From the NCBI GenBank assembly GCA_965662235.1, contig CBFIGY010000002.1, forward strand, positions 64,001 through 128,000: DNA of 64,000 nt, read 5' to 3'. This document shows, piece after piece, positions 1-10,085 of the stretch. A program made the translations under genes and the position numbers. The notes beneath the pieces were generated by a model. It was not told the DNA's origin. It did no database searches and worked only from the letters and a program-made list of their open reading frames with translations. Every line of letters begins with the position of its first letter. The stretch's first letter is position 1. Source of the stretch: an uncultured bacterium. Lineage in GTDB: Bacteria; SAR324; NAC60-12.

Positions 1-180
1 CAGGATCACGTGGTTCATGCCAGAGATCTTCCGTTTCTGGTCCCAGAGGCAGACCGCCACGCAGGAGCCGAGGATCGTTGTGATCTGTCCGGACTCATCT
101 GTGACGTAAACCTCTCCGGGCTGCACATGCTGAAGGAACGCCGGCGTCGGATTATTTTCGGTAGATGGAGCTTTGTACAT
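1..180 (-). CDS. cheD: Chemoreceptor glutamine deamidase CheD, 5' part (runs off window)
   Basis: Not in ORF track. Manual translation gives MYKAPSTENNPTPAFLQHVQPGEVYVTDESGQITTILGSCVAVCLWDQKRKISGMNHVIL, with the CheD T-x-LGSCVAV and GMNH motifs, directly after cheR. Start is ATG 180 or GTG 126. Confidence 0.9.
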   Translation of the reverse strand, partial: MYKAPSTENNPTPAFLQHVQPGEVYVTDESGQITTILGSCVAVCLWDQKRKISGMNHVIL

Positions 181-964
181 AGGTCAGTGACGTTTCCACA
201 CCAATCAGACTTTCAGAGTGCCCAATGAAGAGGTGCCCCCCTGGTTTCAGGAACTTGACCAGCTTGGCCACCACCTTCTCCTGAGTCGGTTTGTCAAAGT
301 AGATCATGACATTCCGACAGAAGATGAAGTCAAACTGCGTGTTGAGGGGGTAATCGCCCATCAGGTTCAGACGTCGGAAGCGCACCAAGCGCTTCAGCTC
401 CGCGGACACCCGGTACGAGGTCCCGCGTCGGTCCGACTCGGCAGTGAAGTACTTCTTCAGGTAATTGGACGGAATCGGAGCCACAATGGACTCTTGATAG
501 AGCCCGGCCTCAGCCAGATCCAGGACCCGTGTGGAAAGGTCCGTCGCCAGAATCTTGAGGTCCATGGAGGCGTAGTTTGCCAGGTTCTCAGCAAACAGCA
601 TCGCCAGCGTGTAAGGCTCCTCGCCACTGGAGCAGGCGGCGCTCCAAGCACGGACCGTCCGCTGCTGCTGAAGCTGCGGAAAGATCTCCTTCTTGAGGTA
701 CTCGAAGTGCCCGTTTTCCCGGAAGAAGTCGGTCTTGTTGGTCGAAATCGAGTTGAGCATCAGGGTCAACTCGTTGCCCGAGCTGTCCTTCAGCACATAG
801 TTGCGGTAATCCGCAAAGGAACTGAGCTTCAGCTCCCGGATCCGCTTGTGCAGACGGGTGACCAGGAGCTGCTTCTTGCCCGTGCCGAGGTTGATGCCCG
901 AAAGCTCATAAATGAGCTTCCGGAATCGATCAAACTCGTCGTCATCCAGATGAGGGGTTTCCAC
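152..964 (-). CDS. cheR: Chemotaxis methyltransferase CheR
   Basis: TNKTDFFRE, WSAACSSGEEPYT, ILATD and FDFIFCRNVMIYFD motifs. Confidence 0.97.
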   Translation of the reverse strand: METPHLDDDEFDRFRKLIYELSGINLGTGKKQLLVTRLHKRIRELKLSSFADYRNYVLKDSSGNELTLMLNSISTNKTDFFRENGHFEYLKKEIFPQLQQQRTVRAWSAACSSGEEPYTLAMLFAENLANYASMDLKILATDLSTRVLDLAEAGLYQESIVAPIPSNYLKKYFTAESDRRGTSYRVSAELKRLVRFRRLNLMGDYPLNTQFDFIFCRNVMIYFDKPTQEKVVAKLVKFLKPGGHLFIGHSESLIGVETSLTYVQSSIYRK

Positions 965-966
965 GG

Positions 967-1003
967 CTTAAAACTCCGAAAAATCGTCACGCATCGGAAT
1001 CAT
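967..1003. repeat. 37-bp exact repeat, copy 1 (3' end of MCP; encodes [15 protein letters not shown])
   Basis: cttaaaactccgaaaaatcgtcacgcatcggaatcat, identical to 2865-2901. Confidence 0.95.
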
Positions 1004-2863
1004 ATCATTGGGTGAAACCTTATGAGATTTTTCGGTTGCCGGTTGAGAAGCCGCAGGGGTGGAAGACGATGCCGGGGCCTTCGGTTTGGTTGGCGCCTGA
1101 ATTCGAGGCGTCTTCATCCGTGGAGGCTGCGCGTCCCGGTGGTGCCGCCGTGTCTCCACAAGGCTTCCAGTATCAATGCCCACGAGGTTCGACAGCTCCA
1201 TCACCTGCTCCCTCAGAAGCTGGGCCTGGCCGCTCATTTCCTCTGCAGACGACGCGGTTTGCTCAGCATTGGCCGCATTCCCCTGAGTCAGCTGATCCAT
1301 CTGCAACACGGCTCGGGTGACCTGCTCCACAGCGTCCGACTGTTGTTCCGAAGCGCCCTGGATGTTTTCCACCAGGTGCTCAATCTGGTTCACCTGCGAG
1401 CTTTGCTCTTTGGAAGACTCTGAAATTTCATCAATCAGGTCGGCGAGCTTGATGAACTTCTCCAGAATGAGCTTCAACGCCACCTCGCCCCGGCCAGCCT
1501 GCTCGGTACCGGCGCGGGCCTTGCCGTCGCTCTCTTGAATCAATCCGGCAATCTCCTTGGCTGCCTGTTTGGAGTTTTCAGCCAATTTGGAAACCTCGTT
1601 GGCCACCACCGCAAAGCCCTTTCCCTGCTCTCCGGCACGGGCCGCTTCAATGGCCGCGTTGGTCGCCAGCATCTTTGTCTGGTGCGTGATGTCATTGATC
1701 ACATCAATGATGTCCGTGATCTGCTCGCTCATCTTGCTGATTTCACGCATGGAGTCTGCGATTTCCTTCATCGTCTGAGCTCCAGACTCAACGGAACTGC
1801 GCGCTTCTTCCGAGAGCTTGGCCGTCAGCTGAGCATTCTCCGTGTTCTGCCGGGTGATGTTCCCCATCTGCTTCACGGAACGGACGGCAGACTGCGCATT
1901 GTCCGCATTCTCCCGCGTCTGCTGCTCAATCTCCGTCATGGTGCTCGATGTTTCCTCTAGGCTCGCCGCCTGATTTGAGGCAGAGTCGGCAAGCGACATG
2001 CTGAGACCCGAGACGTTTTCTGCAGCATGCAGGGTCTGGGTGGACATCTCAGAGAGGGTACTGATGACGCGCTGAATCGGTGAAATGACCCCACCCTTCA
2101 CCACAAAGAAGAAGATGCCCAGAATGCCGATCAGCACCAGGACCGTTACGCCAAGCACCTGGTAGGTGCTGCTCCGTAGTTCTTCTTGAAGGGGCGTCAG
2201 GTCCTGCACAATTTCAAAGCCTCCGGTTACCATGCCGGCGCTCCAGCCTTCCATCTGGAAGCCGAAGACGTCATAGCCGTCTCCATCCGGATCATCTGCC
2301 ACAGTGCCGTGGCACACAAGGCAGTCTTTGGTCAGTTTAACCGGCATGATGTAGCGGAAGGTGTTGGTCTCGGTATCGTAGCGATACGTCTCCGAGAGGC
2401 CCTGCTGCTCCAGTTCTCTCAGCATCTCCCGCTCCAGGGGATCAGCCTCGTTCTTCGGGTTCCGGGCTTGGATCCGGGGCGTCTTGAATTCGAAGTTAGA
2501 CTGATCGGCGTTGCGCTGTCCGATGTTCCATGCAGCGACCACGGGCACGGTCCAGTAAATCCGTGTCTGCCGTACGGCTTCCAGCTTGGCGCTTCGGCTG
2601 CTGAACTGCTGCTCGCGGACCGCCCTGGTCTCCTCAAGCATCTCCGCGTCATTGAAGCTGTTGTGCTTCCCCCGCATCTCCGCCACATAGTAAAGAGCGT
2701 TCATCGCAGCAGTGGTGACGGCCCGGGACTTCAGGATCATATTGTTTTCATTGATCCGTTTGATCTCATTGCGGTTGATCAACACAATGACGGCCGCAAT
2801 GCTGAGGGCCCCCACCACAAAGAGGATCGTGATTTTTGAAAGTAAACCAACGTTGGTCTTCAT
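968..2863 (-). CDS. Methyl-accepting chemotaxis protein with periplasmic c-type heme (DUF3365/Tll0287-like) sensor and C-terminal pentapeptide
   Basis: Two TM helices, RNPKN motif, CLVCH heme motif, [20 protein letters not shown] hairpin tip, ends DFSEF. Confidence 0.93.
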   Translation of the reverse strand: MKTNVGLLSKITILFVVGALSIAAVIVLINRNEIKRINENNMILKSRAVTTAAMNALYYVAEMRGKHNSFNDAEMLEETRAVREQQFSSRSAKLEAVRQTRIYWTVPVVAAWNIGQRNADQSNFEFKTPRIQARNPKNEADPLEREMLRELEQQGLSETYRYDTETNTFRYIMPVKLTKDCLVCHGTVADDPDGDGYDVFGFQMEGWSAGMVTGGFEIVQDLTPLQEELRSSTYQVLGVTVLVLIGILGIFFFVVKGGVISPIQRVISTLSEMSTQTLHAAENVSGLSMSLADSASNQAASLEETSSTMTEIEQQTRENADNAQSAVRSVKQMGNITRQNTENAQLTAKLSEEARSSVESGAQTMKEIADSMREISKMSEQITDIIDVINDITHQTKMLATNAAIEAARAGEQGKGFAVVANEVSKLAENSKQAAKEIAGLIQESDGKARAGTEQAGRGEVALKLILEKFIKLADLIDEISESSKEQSSQVNQIEHLVENIQGASEQQSDAVEQVTRAVLQMDQLTQGNAANAEQTASSAEEMSGQAQLLREQVMELSNLVGIDTGSLVETRRHHRDAQPPRMKTPRIQAPTKPKAPASSSTPAASQPATEKSHKVSPNDMIPMRDDFSEF

Positions 2864-2864
2864 C

Positions 2865-2901
2865 CTTAAAACTCCGAAAAATCGTCACGCATCGGAATCA
2901 T
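2865..2901. repeat. 37-bp exact repeat, copy 2
   Basis: Identical to 967-1003. Confidence 0.95.
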
Positions 2902-5016
2902 TTCCTCTGCTTTGACTTGTTTGGTGATTTTGGGCTTCGGAGCCGGAAGTTGCGCGGCCTTCTGGGGAGACCGAGCGGGATTCGGCTCTCTGAACGTTGA
3001 AGCAGTAGAGGCAAGGGACGTCGAACGCTCTCGGGGCCTTGAGGGCACTGCAGGCGCCGAGGGGTGTTCCGATGCGCCACCGACATGCAGAGAGATCTCT
3101 GCGACCAGCTCGTTGAGCAGCTGGGCTTGAGACGAGAGCTCTTCTGCGGCGGCGGCTGTTTCCTCTGAGATCGAAGCGTTCGTCTGCGTCACCGTGTTCA
3201 TTTCATTGATGGCAATCGACACCTGCTCCACACCACTGGCTTGTTCAGAGGACGCGGAATTGATGCCCTTGATCATCCGTTCCATTTCGCCAATCTTCTG
3301 AGCCTGCTCACTGCTGGAAGCCGTCACTTCGTCAATGAGATCGGACACCTTGATGTTCCGTTCCAAAATATCCTGGAGGGCCTGCTCTCCCTGAAGAGCC
3401 AGCTCGCCTCCTTCCTTACTCTTGCTGACGCTCTCACGGATCAAGGAGCCAATCTCTTTGGCTGCTTGCTTCGAGTTTTCAGCCAGCTTGGAGACCTCAT
3501 CAGCCACCACCGCGAACCCCTTGCCGTGCTCACCGGCACGAGCAGCTTCAATCGCAGCATTGGTCGCCAGCATCTTCGTCTGGTGAGTAATGGAGTCGAT
3601 GACCTCAATGATGGCGGTAATCTGATCGCTCCCCTTGCGGATGTCGCCCATTGCGGACGTGATGGCGTTCATCGCTTTTACTCCAGCTTGAGCCGCATCA
3701 CGCGCTTCCGAAGAGAACTGGGCGGTCAGGCGCGTGTTTTCATCAGACTGTTTGATCATGGACGACACCGACTCAACCGCTGTCGAAACGTAAGCGGCGT
3801 TGTCTGCGTTTTCCCGGACCTGACTGGTGATTTCTTCAATTGAGGCTGAGGTTTCCTCGAGGCTGGAAGCCTGCTCACTGGCTCCTGTCGAAACTTCCGT
3901 CGAGCTCTGAGAAATCTGCTCTGCGGCACCGGACAGTTGCGTTGAGGACTCTGAAAGCTCGTTGACCATGCGCATCAGCAACGACGTGATGTTGCGGATC
4001 AACAGGATCCCCAAGACGATGGTCACCACCAACGCCAGGAGGAACAAGACCCCCATCATCATGTCCACCTGAGCCTGCAGTTCCTTGGCTCGGTCACGCT
4101 CCTGATTGACGGCAGCGTCACCGCTGGACTCCAGTTCATGCAGCAGAGTGGAAAGGGTCTTGGTGTTTTCAATGTAGGCATTGAGCGCCAGGTTCATGGC
4201 CTGGAGCTGCTGCACGGCGGTGCGGAAGACCTGCTCATGCTCCCGGACTTTTTCTTGAAAGAGCCCCGCAAAGCGCTGCCCTTGGCTGTTGGTTCCATTC
4301 ACGAAGATCGGCAACGTAGCCATCTCGTTCATGGTGTCCTTGAGGTTGGTCAGCGACTCCTCAAAATCGCCCTGTAGTTCCGGAATGCGTTCCGGCCGGG
4401 CCAGCATCAGCTGGTAGTAGTAGAACCGCTCCAGCAGGAAGATGCTGCTTTCCATGCCGCCGTCTGCCGCGCTCCAGCGTTCGTCCAACCCCAAGTTCCA
4501 GGAGGTCAGCTGATCCGGATTGTTCCGGAGCTCTTCTACCTGGGCGTCTCCCAACGCCTCCGCCTCCACCATCATGGAGCGGAAGGACTCAAACCCAGCA
4601 CGGAGCTCAAGGTCGGTTGCGGAAAAAGCCTGGAACTTCTGAACCAGGTCCGCCCGGAGTTGGTCGTACCGGGAGGTCAAGGAGGCCAGACGATTCCGTT
4701 GCTCCTGAGACACCAAAGAGGAGTTCTGCAGCCGCTCCAGAGAGACCTCCTTCTCCTCCTGAGCCTGATCCAATTGCAAGAAGACCTCTTCAACGTTCTG
4801 TCCCTTCAGGAGTTCTTCCATTGAGATGATCTGCTGCTGCAAGGAGATCATGGTGTTCATGGTGCCATCTGCCGTTTCCCAAGCAGGACCCGTCACATAA
4901 TTCATGCTGTCTTCCAGCAACTGAATTCCGTAGTAACCAATTCCACTGACAATGCCAAAGAGTACGGAAAGAGCCGTAAAGCTGGCGGTGAGCTTCTGAC
5001 CTATTGTCAATCTCAT
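2866..5016 (-). CDS. Methyl-accepting chemotaxis protein with large all-helical periplasmic sensor and C-terminal pentapeptide
   Basis: Two TM helices, repeated AWETADG/RWSAADG helical halves, MCP signalling domain, ends DFSEF. Confidence 0.93.
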   Translation of the reverse strand: MRLTIGQKLTASFTALSVLFGIVSGIGYYGIQLLEDSMNYVTGPAWETADGTMNTMISLQQQIISMEELLKGQNVEEVFLQLDQAQEEKEVSLERLQNSSLVSQEQRNRLASLTSRYDQLRADLVQKFQAFSATDLELRAGFESFRSMMVEAEALGDAQVEELRNNPDQLTSWNLGLDERWSAADGGMESSIFLLERFYYYQLMLARPERIPELQGDFEESLTNLKDTMNEMATLPIFVNGTNSQGQRFAGLFQEKVREHEQVFRTAVQQLQAMNLALNAYIENTKTLSTLLHELESSGDAAVNQERDRAKELQAQVDMMMGVLFLLALVVTIVLGILLIRNITSLLMRMVNELSESSTQLSGAAEQISQSSTEVSTGASEQASSLEETSASIEEITSQVRENADNAAYVSTAVESVSSMIKQSDENTRLTAQFSSEARDAAQAGVKAMNAITSAMGDIRKGSDQITAIIEVIDSITHQTKMLATNAAIEAARAGEHGKGFAVVADEVSKLAENSKQAAKEIGSLIRESVSKSKEGGELALQGEQALQDILERNIKVSDLIDEVTASSSEQAQKIGEMERMIKGINSASSEQASGVEQVSIAINEMNTVTQTNASISEETAAAAEELSSQAQLLNELVAEISLHVGGASEHPSAPAVPSRPRERSTSLASTASTFREPNPARSPQKAAQLPAPKPKITKQVKAEEMIPMRDDFSEF

Positions 5017-5498
5017 GAAAATCCTTGGGCTTTGAGTAGAACCAGCTCATCGTTGGTCAGGATGTTCTCGATATCAAGAACGATGACGACACGAGACTCC
5101 AGCTTGGCCATGCCACTGATGAACTCGGTTCGGATATTGGTCCCCAGTTGAGGAGTGTCTTCAAACTGCTCGCGTTCCACACGGGTGACACCGATCAGGG
5201 CATCCACAATGACACCGGTGAGGGCGCCCTGAACGTCCACCACAATGATGCAGGTTTCAGTGGTCGACTGCTCCATCGGTGGCATGTTGAACTTGGTCCG
5301 CAGGTCAATCACCGGAATGATCTTTCCCCTCAGGTTGATCACCCCCTTCATGAACGAAGGCGTGTGCGGGACCGGATCAATGGGCATCAACCCGACCACT
5401 TCGCGTGCCTCCAGAATCTTGATTCCGTATTCCTGGGTGCCCAACATGAAGGTGAGCATTTTTCCTTCAGATTTTTCAAACAACGAGTTCTGGCTCAT
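5013..5498 (-). CDS. cheW: Chemotaxis coupling protein CheW
   Basis: [31 protein letters not shown]. Start set at MSQNS, after GGAG. Confidence 0.96.
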   Translation of the reverse strand: MSQNSLFEKSEGKMLTFMLGTQEYGIKILEAREVVGLMPIDPVPHTPSFMKGVINLRGKIIPVIDLRTKFNMPPMEQSTTETCIIVVDVQGALTGVIVDALIGVTRVEREQFEDTPQLGTNIRTEFISGMAKLESRVVIVLDIENILTNDELVLLKAQGFS

Positions 5499-5514
5499 TG
5501 GACTCCTTACTTTC

Positions 5515-7980
5515 TCAAGAGGCAGTTGCGTGGTGATTGTCAGCAAGCAGGCGTTCCGGATCTAGGATCAGCCCCACACGGCCGTCTCCTAAAATCGTTC
5601 CTCCGGTGATGCCCGGTAGGTCCTTGAACCGTTCCCCCAGGTTCTTGACCACAATTTGCTGGCGGTGCAGCAATTCATCGACCATCAGGCCGTATTTCTT
5701 CTCTCCTTCATTGACCACCACAATCAACGACCGCACCGGGTCGGTAAACTCCGGGGTGATGTTGTAGTACTTGTACAGTCGAATGATGGGGACAATCTCT
5801 CCCGCCAACAGGAAGCACTCCTGCTGCTGGCCCTGGACGTCATAAAGTTCACTCTTACGGGGAGTAATAGTGAGATGTACATCGAGGATAGGCAATACGA
5901 AACGGCTCTCCCCCAGCCGAACCACAAGGCCTTCAATGATGGAGGTCGTCAGCGGTAACTTGATGAGGAAGCGTGTGCCAAATCCGGGGTTGCTCTCAAT
6001 GGTGATCTTCCCTCGCAGCTGGTCCACCTCACGCTTGACCACGTCCATGCCCACGCCCCGTCCTGAGACGTCGGTCACCTTCGCTGCTGTGGAAAAGCCG
6101 GCATTGAAAATGAAGTTGAACACCTGCTGGTCCGACAGGTTTTCCCGGTCGGTGGTCAGCCCACGTTCAATGGCCTTGTTGAGCAGCTTCTCCCGGACCA
6201 GCCCCTTGCCGTCGTCGCTGACCTCAATGAGGACGGAGTCGCCTTGGTGGTGGGCCCCCAAGCGCACATTCCCGGCTTCCGACTTTCCGGTGAAAGCCCG
6301 CTCATCCGAATTTTCAATGCCGTGGTCGATGGCATTCCGGACGAGGTGCATCATGGGCGCGTAGATGCCGTCGATGATGGTCTTGTCCACCAGGGTTTCT
6401 TCCCCCTCAATCGTCAGCTCAATCTGCTTCCCTGACTTGCGGGAAAGGTCCCGGACCTGGCGGTTGAGCTTGGAGAAGACGTTTTTAACGGGAAGCATGC
6501 GGATGCTGAGAATCCGGTCCCGCAGCTGCTCCGTGATCTTGTGCAGCTGATCCAAACGTTCGTGCATCATGCGGTCTTCCACCTGCTGCAACGTCGGATT
6601 CTGCGAAAGCACCGAAAGCGCAACCACCATCTCCCCAATGAACTCAGACAGTTCATCCAGCTTGGGAGCCGGAATTTTGATCATGTCCACCGTTTGCACG
6701 GCTCCTCCGGCACGCTTCTGTGCTTCCGGATGCTCCGCCTCACCCGCGCCAGAAGCCGGCTCGGCAGGAGGAGTCGACCGAGCCGGAGGCTCCGCAGCGG
6801 GTGCCGTTTGAGCCTCCGCTTGAATCGTCTTGAGGGCCTGAGCAAAGGGGTCTTCCGGAGCCTCTGCAGCAGCCGGAGCTGAGGCCGCCACGGAGGGAGC
6901 GGGTTCGGGCGGAGCCACTTGTTCATTGAGCCCCTGCAGGTCGAACTTCTCCAGAGCCTCCTGGGCGCCTTCTTCTTCCTCACGGACGATCTCTGGTTTG
7001 TAATTCGGCAGCTCGATTTCCTTCACCCCACTGAGAACGCGGCCTGAGATTTCATGCTCCTGGAGGCGGTCTCGGCCTTCTTCTGAACCGGATTCCGGAG
7101 CCGCCGTCGGGGTCGGAGCAGCGGCAGCCGGTGCTGGGGTCGGGGTCGGAGCAGCGGCAGCCGGTGCTGCGGAACCGCCGTCCAAAAGATTCTGCAGCTG
7201 CTGCCGAACCTCACCTAGGTGAACCGGTTCCGGTTCGGCTCCTCCCAGCTGGGCCTTGACCTGATCCACCATCTGCCGCAGCGCATCCACTGCTCGGAGG
7301 ACCACGTCCACGGTGTCAGCGTCCATGATGCGCTTGCCATCCCGGGCCTGCACCAGCAGGTCCTCAGCCTTGTGTGCCAGACTTCCCATCACCGACAGTC
7401 CCAGGAAGCCGGAGGTTCCCTTGATGGTGTGGACAATGCGGAAGATTGCGTTAATGGCCTGCGGGTCCTCTGGGTCCTTCTCCAGCTGCAGAAGGGTTTC
7501 TTCTGTCTTCTCCAGACCCTCTTCACACTCGCTGATGAACTCCACCAGCGTCTCGTCTTCCATCAGGTCTTCCGGGATCATCTGGACGGCGTCTGCAGGT
7601 TCTTCCGGAGCCGCGGCTTCCGGAGCCGCCTCTTCGGCGGCAGACGTGTCGTTAGAGAGCTCTTCGGGAGCCTCGATGCCGAGGAAGACAGAGTTCATGT
7701 GCTCATCGAGCTTGTTGTACCGCTCCTGAAACTCGCCGAGGATCTTTTCGTAATCGCTCCCCAGCAGGGCGGTCCCCAGCAGCTGATTCAGCGACTCCAG
7801 TTCCTGCGCCACAGCCTGCCAGCCCTCTTGGTGCCGGAGCTGATCAATCAGTTCCTCCAGATCCCGGAGGATTTCCCCCAGTGCCATGATGTCGGCCTGG
7901 TTGGGGCTCAGGGTCACAATCTTGAGATTGAGTCCGTCTCGTAGCGGTTGCAGCCGCTCTTGTAGTTCTTGATACGCCAT
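5515..7980 (-). CDS. cheA: Chemotaxis histidine kinase CheA
   Basis: Hpt IFRIVHTIKG, HLVRNAIDHGIE, DDGKG, GFSTA..VTDVSGRGVGMDVV, C-terminal CheW-like domain. Confidence 0.97.
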   Translation of the reverse strand: MAYQELQERLQPLRDGLNLKIVTLSPNQADIMALGEILRDLEELIDQLRHQEGWQAVAQELESLNQLLGTALLGSDYEKILGEFQERYNKLDEHMNSVFLGIEAPEELSNDTSAAEEAAPEAAAPEEPADAVQMIPEDLMEDETLVEFISECEEGLEKTEETLLQLEKDPEDPQAINAIFRIVHTIKGTSGFLGLSVMGSLAHKAEDLLVQARDGKRIMDADTVDVVLRAVDALRQMVDQVKAQLGGAEPEPVHLGEVRQQLQNLLDGGSAAPAAAAPTPTPAPAAAAPTPTAAPESGSEEGRDRLQEHEISGRVLSGVKEIELPNYKPEIVREEEEGAQEALEKFDLQGLNEQVAPPEPAPSVAASAPAAAEAPEDPFAQALKTIQAEAQTAPAAEPPARSTPPAEPASGAGEAEHPEAQKRAGGAVQTVDMIKIPAPKLDELSEFIGEMVVALSVLSQNPTLQQVEDRMMHERLDQLHKITEQLRDRILSIRMLPVKNVFSKLNRQVRDLSRKSGKQIELTIEGEETLVDKTIIDGIYAPMMHLVRNAIDHGIENSDERAFTGKSEAGNVRLGAHHQGDSVLIEVSDDGKGLVREKLLNKAIERGLTTDRENLSDQQVFNFIFNAGFSTAAKVTDVSGRGVGMDVVKREVDQLRGKITIESNPGFGTRFLIKLPLTTSIIEGLVVRLGESRFVLPILDVHLTITPRKSELYDVQGQQQECFLLAGEIVPIIRLYKYYNITPEFTDPVRSLIVVVNEGEKKYGLMVDELLHRQQIVVKNLGERFKDLPGITGGTILGDGRVGLILDPERLLADNHHATAS
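7106..7169. repeat. 33-bp-period tandem duplication in the CheA Pro/Ala linker (APAAAAPTPT x2)
   Basis: gtcggggtcggagcagcggcagccggtgctg at 7106 and 7139. Confidence 0.9.
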
Positions 7981-8007
7981 AATCTTACCAGGCCATTACG
8001 AAGTCGT

Positions 8008-10053
8008 TCATGCGTCCGGAGGACGTTGCATGCTGGGCAGAGTAAAGGAGATCGTTGCGCCTGCCCCGATGCCGGGGGAGTCCAGGCGAATTTCGCCTCC
8101 TTGAGTACGAATGAAGTTGGCACAGTCGTGGAGGCCAAAACCGGAGCCACGTTGCTTGGTGGAGAAGCCAAACTCGAACGCTCGTTCCAGGGCAGCCGGT
8201 TCCGCGCCACGGCCATTGTCCTGAATCTCCACCTGCACCTGGTTCTCCACCTCCCGGATGCGGACGTCAATCAAGCCCTTGAAGTTCGGCTCGTCTCGGA
8301 TGCGTTCATCAAGCGCCTCCAGGGAGTTCTTGAAGAGGTTCATCAAGAGTTGCGCCATCTTGTTGGGATCGTTCCGGACGGTGGTGTTTCCCCCTTCGTA
8401 GTGCACATCCGAGTGCACCCCCCGCTTTTCAAAAGCCGGCTGCATCATCTCTAGGGCATCTGCGATCACAGACTCGATGGCATAACGTTCCTCCACGCCC
8501 TGCATGTGGGCATACTTCTGCTGCAGGGCAATGATCTCCGTAATGTGCCGGAGCTGGTGGTCCATGTAGTTGAGGATGTCTGTGAGCACCTGATTGGACT
8601 GAGTATCCTGCTGAGCCAGCTGGCTCATGAACTGCGGAATCTGCTTTCCTCGGGCGTCTTCTCGGAAGAAGTGGTCCATGTTGCCGGCAGTCAGCTGCTG
8701 CTCCAGCAACTCCTTGAGCTTGAGCAGGTAGTTGCTGTTGCTCGTCTTTGTATGTTGGTTCCGGTAGTTTTGCAAGCGAATCACCATGGGAGTGATCGCA
8801 TTGCCGATATTATGGAGGACGCTGATCGCGTTCTCCGCCATGCCGGCATTGTACGCCTGCTGCAGCTGCTTCTTCCGTTCGGTCTCCAGCTCCTGCATGG
8901 TGTGCTCAAGCTGGTCGTTCTTTTCCATCAGCTCTTCGGTCCGTTGCTCCACCCGTTCCTCTAGGAAACGGTTGTAGGTCTCAAGGCTGTTGGCCATGTC
9001 ATTGAAGGCCCGGGAAAGCGTCTGCACCTCAAAGAAGCGAGAGGGCTGCATCATGCTGTCTTCAAAGTTTCCATCTGCCAAGCGTCGGGTGAGCTGAACC
9101 AACTCGCTGATGGGGGAAACAAGGCGGTTGGAAATCAGGTAGGCCATGAGCAGCACAAAAACCATCATCCCAATCAGGAACAGCAGGACCGTCTGTTGGA
9201 ACTGACTGAAGTCAGCAAATGCCTCTTCTGCAGAGATCTCAGCCACAATGCAGAACTGGTACTCCGGCATCCAGTCATGAGAGACGTAGATCAGCTCCCC
9301 CTTCCGGTTGATGTGCTCATAGACCGGCTGGCGGTTCGTGCTGCATTCTTGGGTGACCTTCCAGAAGTCGTCCTCATGCTGCAGGCGAGGCTGCGTGATC
9401 ATGGTGCCATCGGCGCTGAGGATGAAGCTGTCCGCCGACCCCCCCAGTTTTTCGGCCAGCAGCATGATGTTGTTGAGCTGTGCCACATTGGGCTCTGCCA
9501 ACAGCCACCCCAGCTGCTCAGTCCCCTTGCCAAGCCGGTGGATCATCTGCATCACAGGGACTCCTTCCGGAGACGTCACCTTGAGTTCCAGGCCCTCGGC
9601 AGGATCCTGACTCCGCAGGAGCGAGTCCAATGAATCGACCTGGGTCCCCACCATGTCCGGTTCAGATGAGAGGACAACCCTTCCAGCGGCATTGACCACA
9701 CTGAGGGAACGCCACTCGCTCCCCAAACGAACTTGGTCCCGGAGCTCCTGACTCATGCCAAAGTCAGGCATCGCCAGAGGCAGAGGCGACTGCAAAACAT
9801 ACAGCAGCCGGGGGTTCTGTGAAAGAATCGTCAGGTCACTCTGCTTGCGCTCCACCCAGTACGAAACCGCTTGGTGCTTCAATGCAATGGTCCCGGTCAT
9901 CAGGTGCTCCAGCTGCCGCATCGTGTTCTTCTCAGCGGACACATAGGCCAGGGAGGCGCCAATGAGCCCCGGAAGCAAAGCGATGAGCATGATGGAGATC
10001 GCCAGCTCCATCCGGAGGCTGTAACGTAGGTTTATTTTTGGCCAAAGGGCCAT
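8008..10053 (-). CDS. Membrane sensor histidine kinase (Cache, HAMP, HisKA, HATPase)
   Basis: Two TMs, HAMP, H-box GMAENAISVLHNIGN, NLFKNS, DNGRG, GFSTK..GSGFGLH. Confidence 0.92.
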   Translation of the reverse strand: MALWPKINLRYSLRMELAISIMLIALLPGLIGASLAYVSAEKNTMRQLEHLMTGTIALKHQAVSYWVERKQSDLTILSQNPRLLYVLQSPLPLAMPDFGMSQELRDQVRLGSEWRSLSVVNAAGRVVLSSEPDMVGTQVDSLDSLLRSQDPAEGLELKVTSPEGVPVMQMIHRLGKGTEQLGWLLAEPNVAQLNNIMLLAEKLGGSADSFILSADGTMITQPRLQHEDDFWKVTQECSTNRQPVYEHINRKGELIYVSHDWMPEYQFCIVAEISAEEAFADFSQFQQTVLLFLIGMMVFVLLMAYLISNRLVSPISELVQLTRRLADGNFEDSMMQPSRFFEVQTLSRAFNDMANSLETYNRFLEERVEQRTEELMEKNDQLEHTMQELETERKKQLQQAYNAGMAENAISVLHNIGNAITPMVIRLQNYRNQHTKTSNSNYLLKLKELLEQQLTAGNMDHFFREDARGKQIPQFMSQLAQQDTQSNQVLTDILNYMDHQLRHITEIIALQQKYAHMQGVEERYAIESVIADALEMMQPAFEKRGVHSDVHYEGGNTTVRNDPNKMAQLLMNLFKNSLEALDERIRDEPNFKGLIDVRIREVENQVQVEIQDNGRGAEPAALERAFEFGFSTKQRGSGFGLHDCANFIRTQGGEIRLDSPGIGAGATISFTLPSMQRPPDA

Positions 10054-10085
10054 AGTCGTTCCTGGAAGTGAGAGACCGTGGGGAA

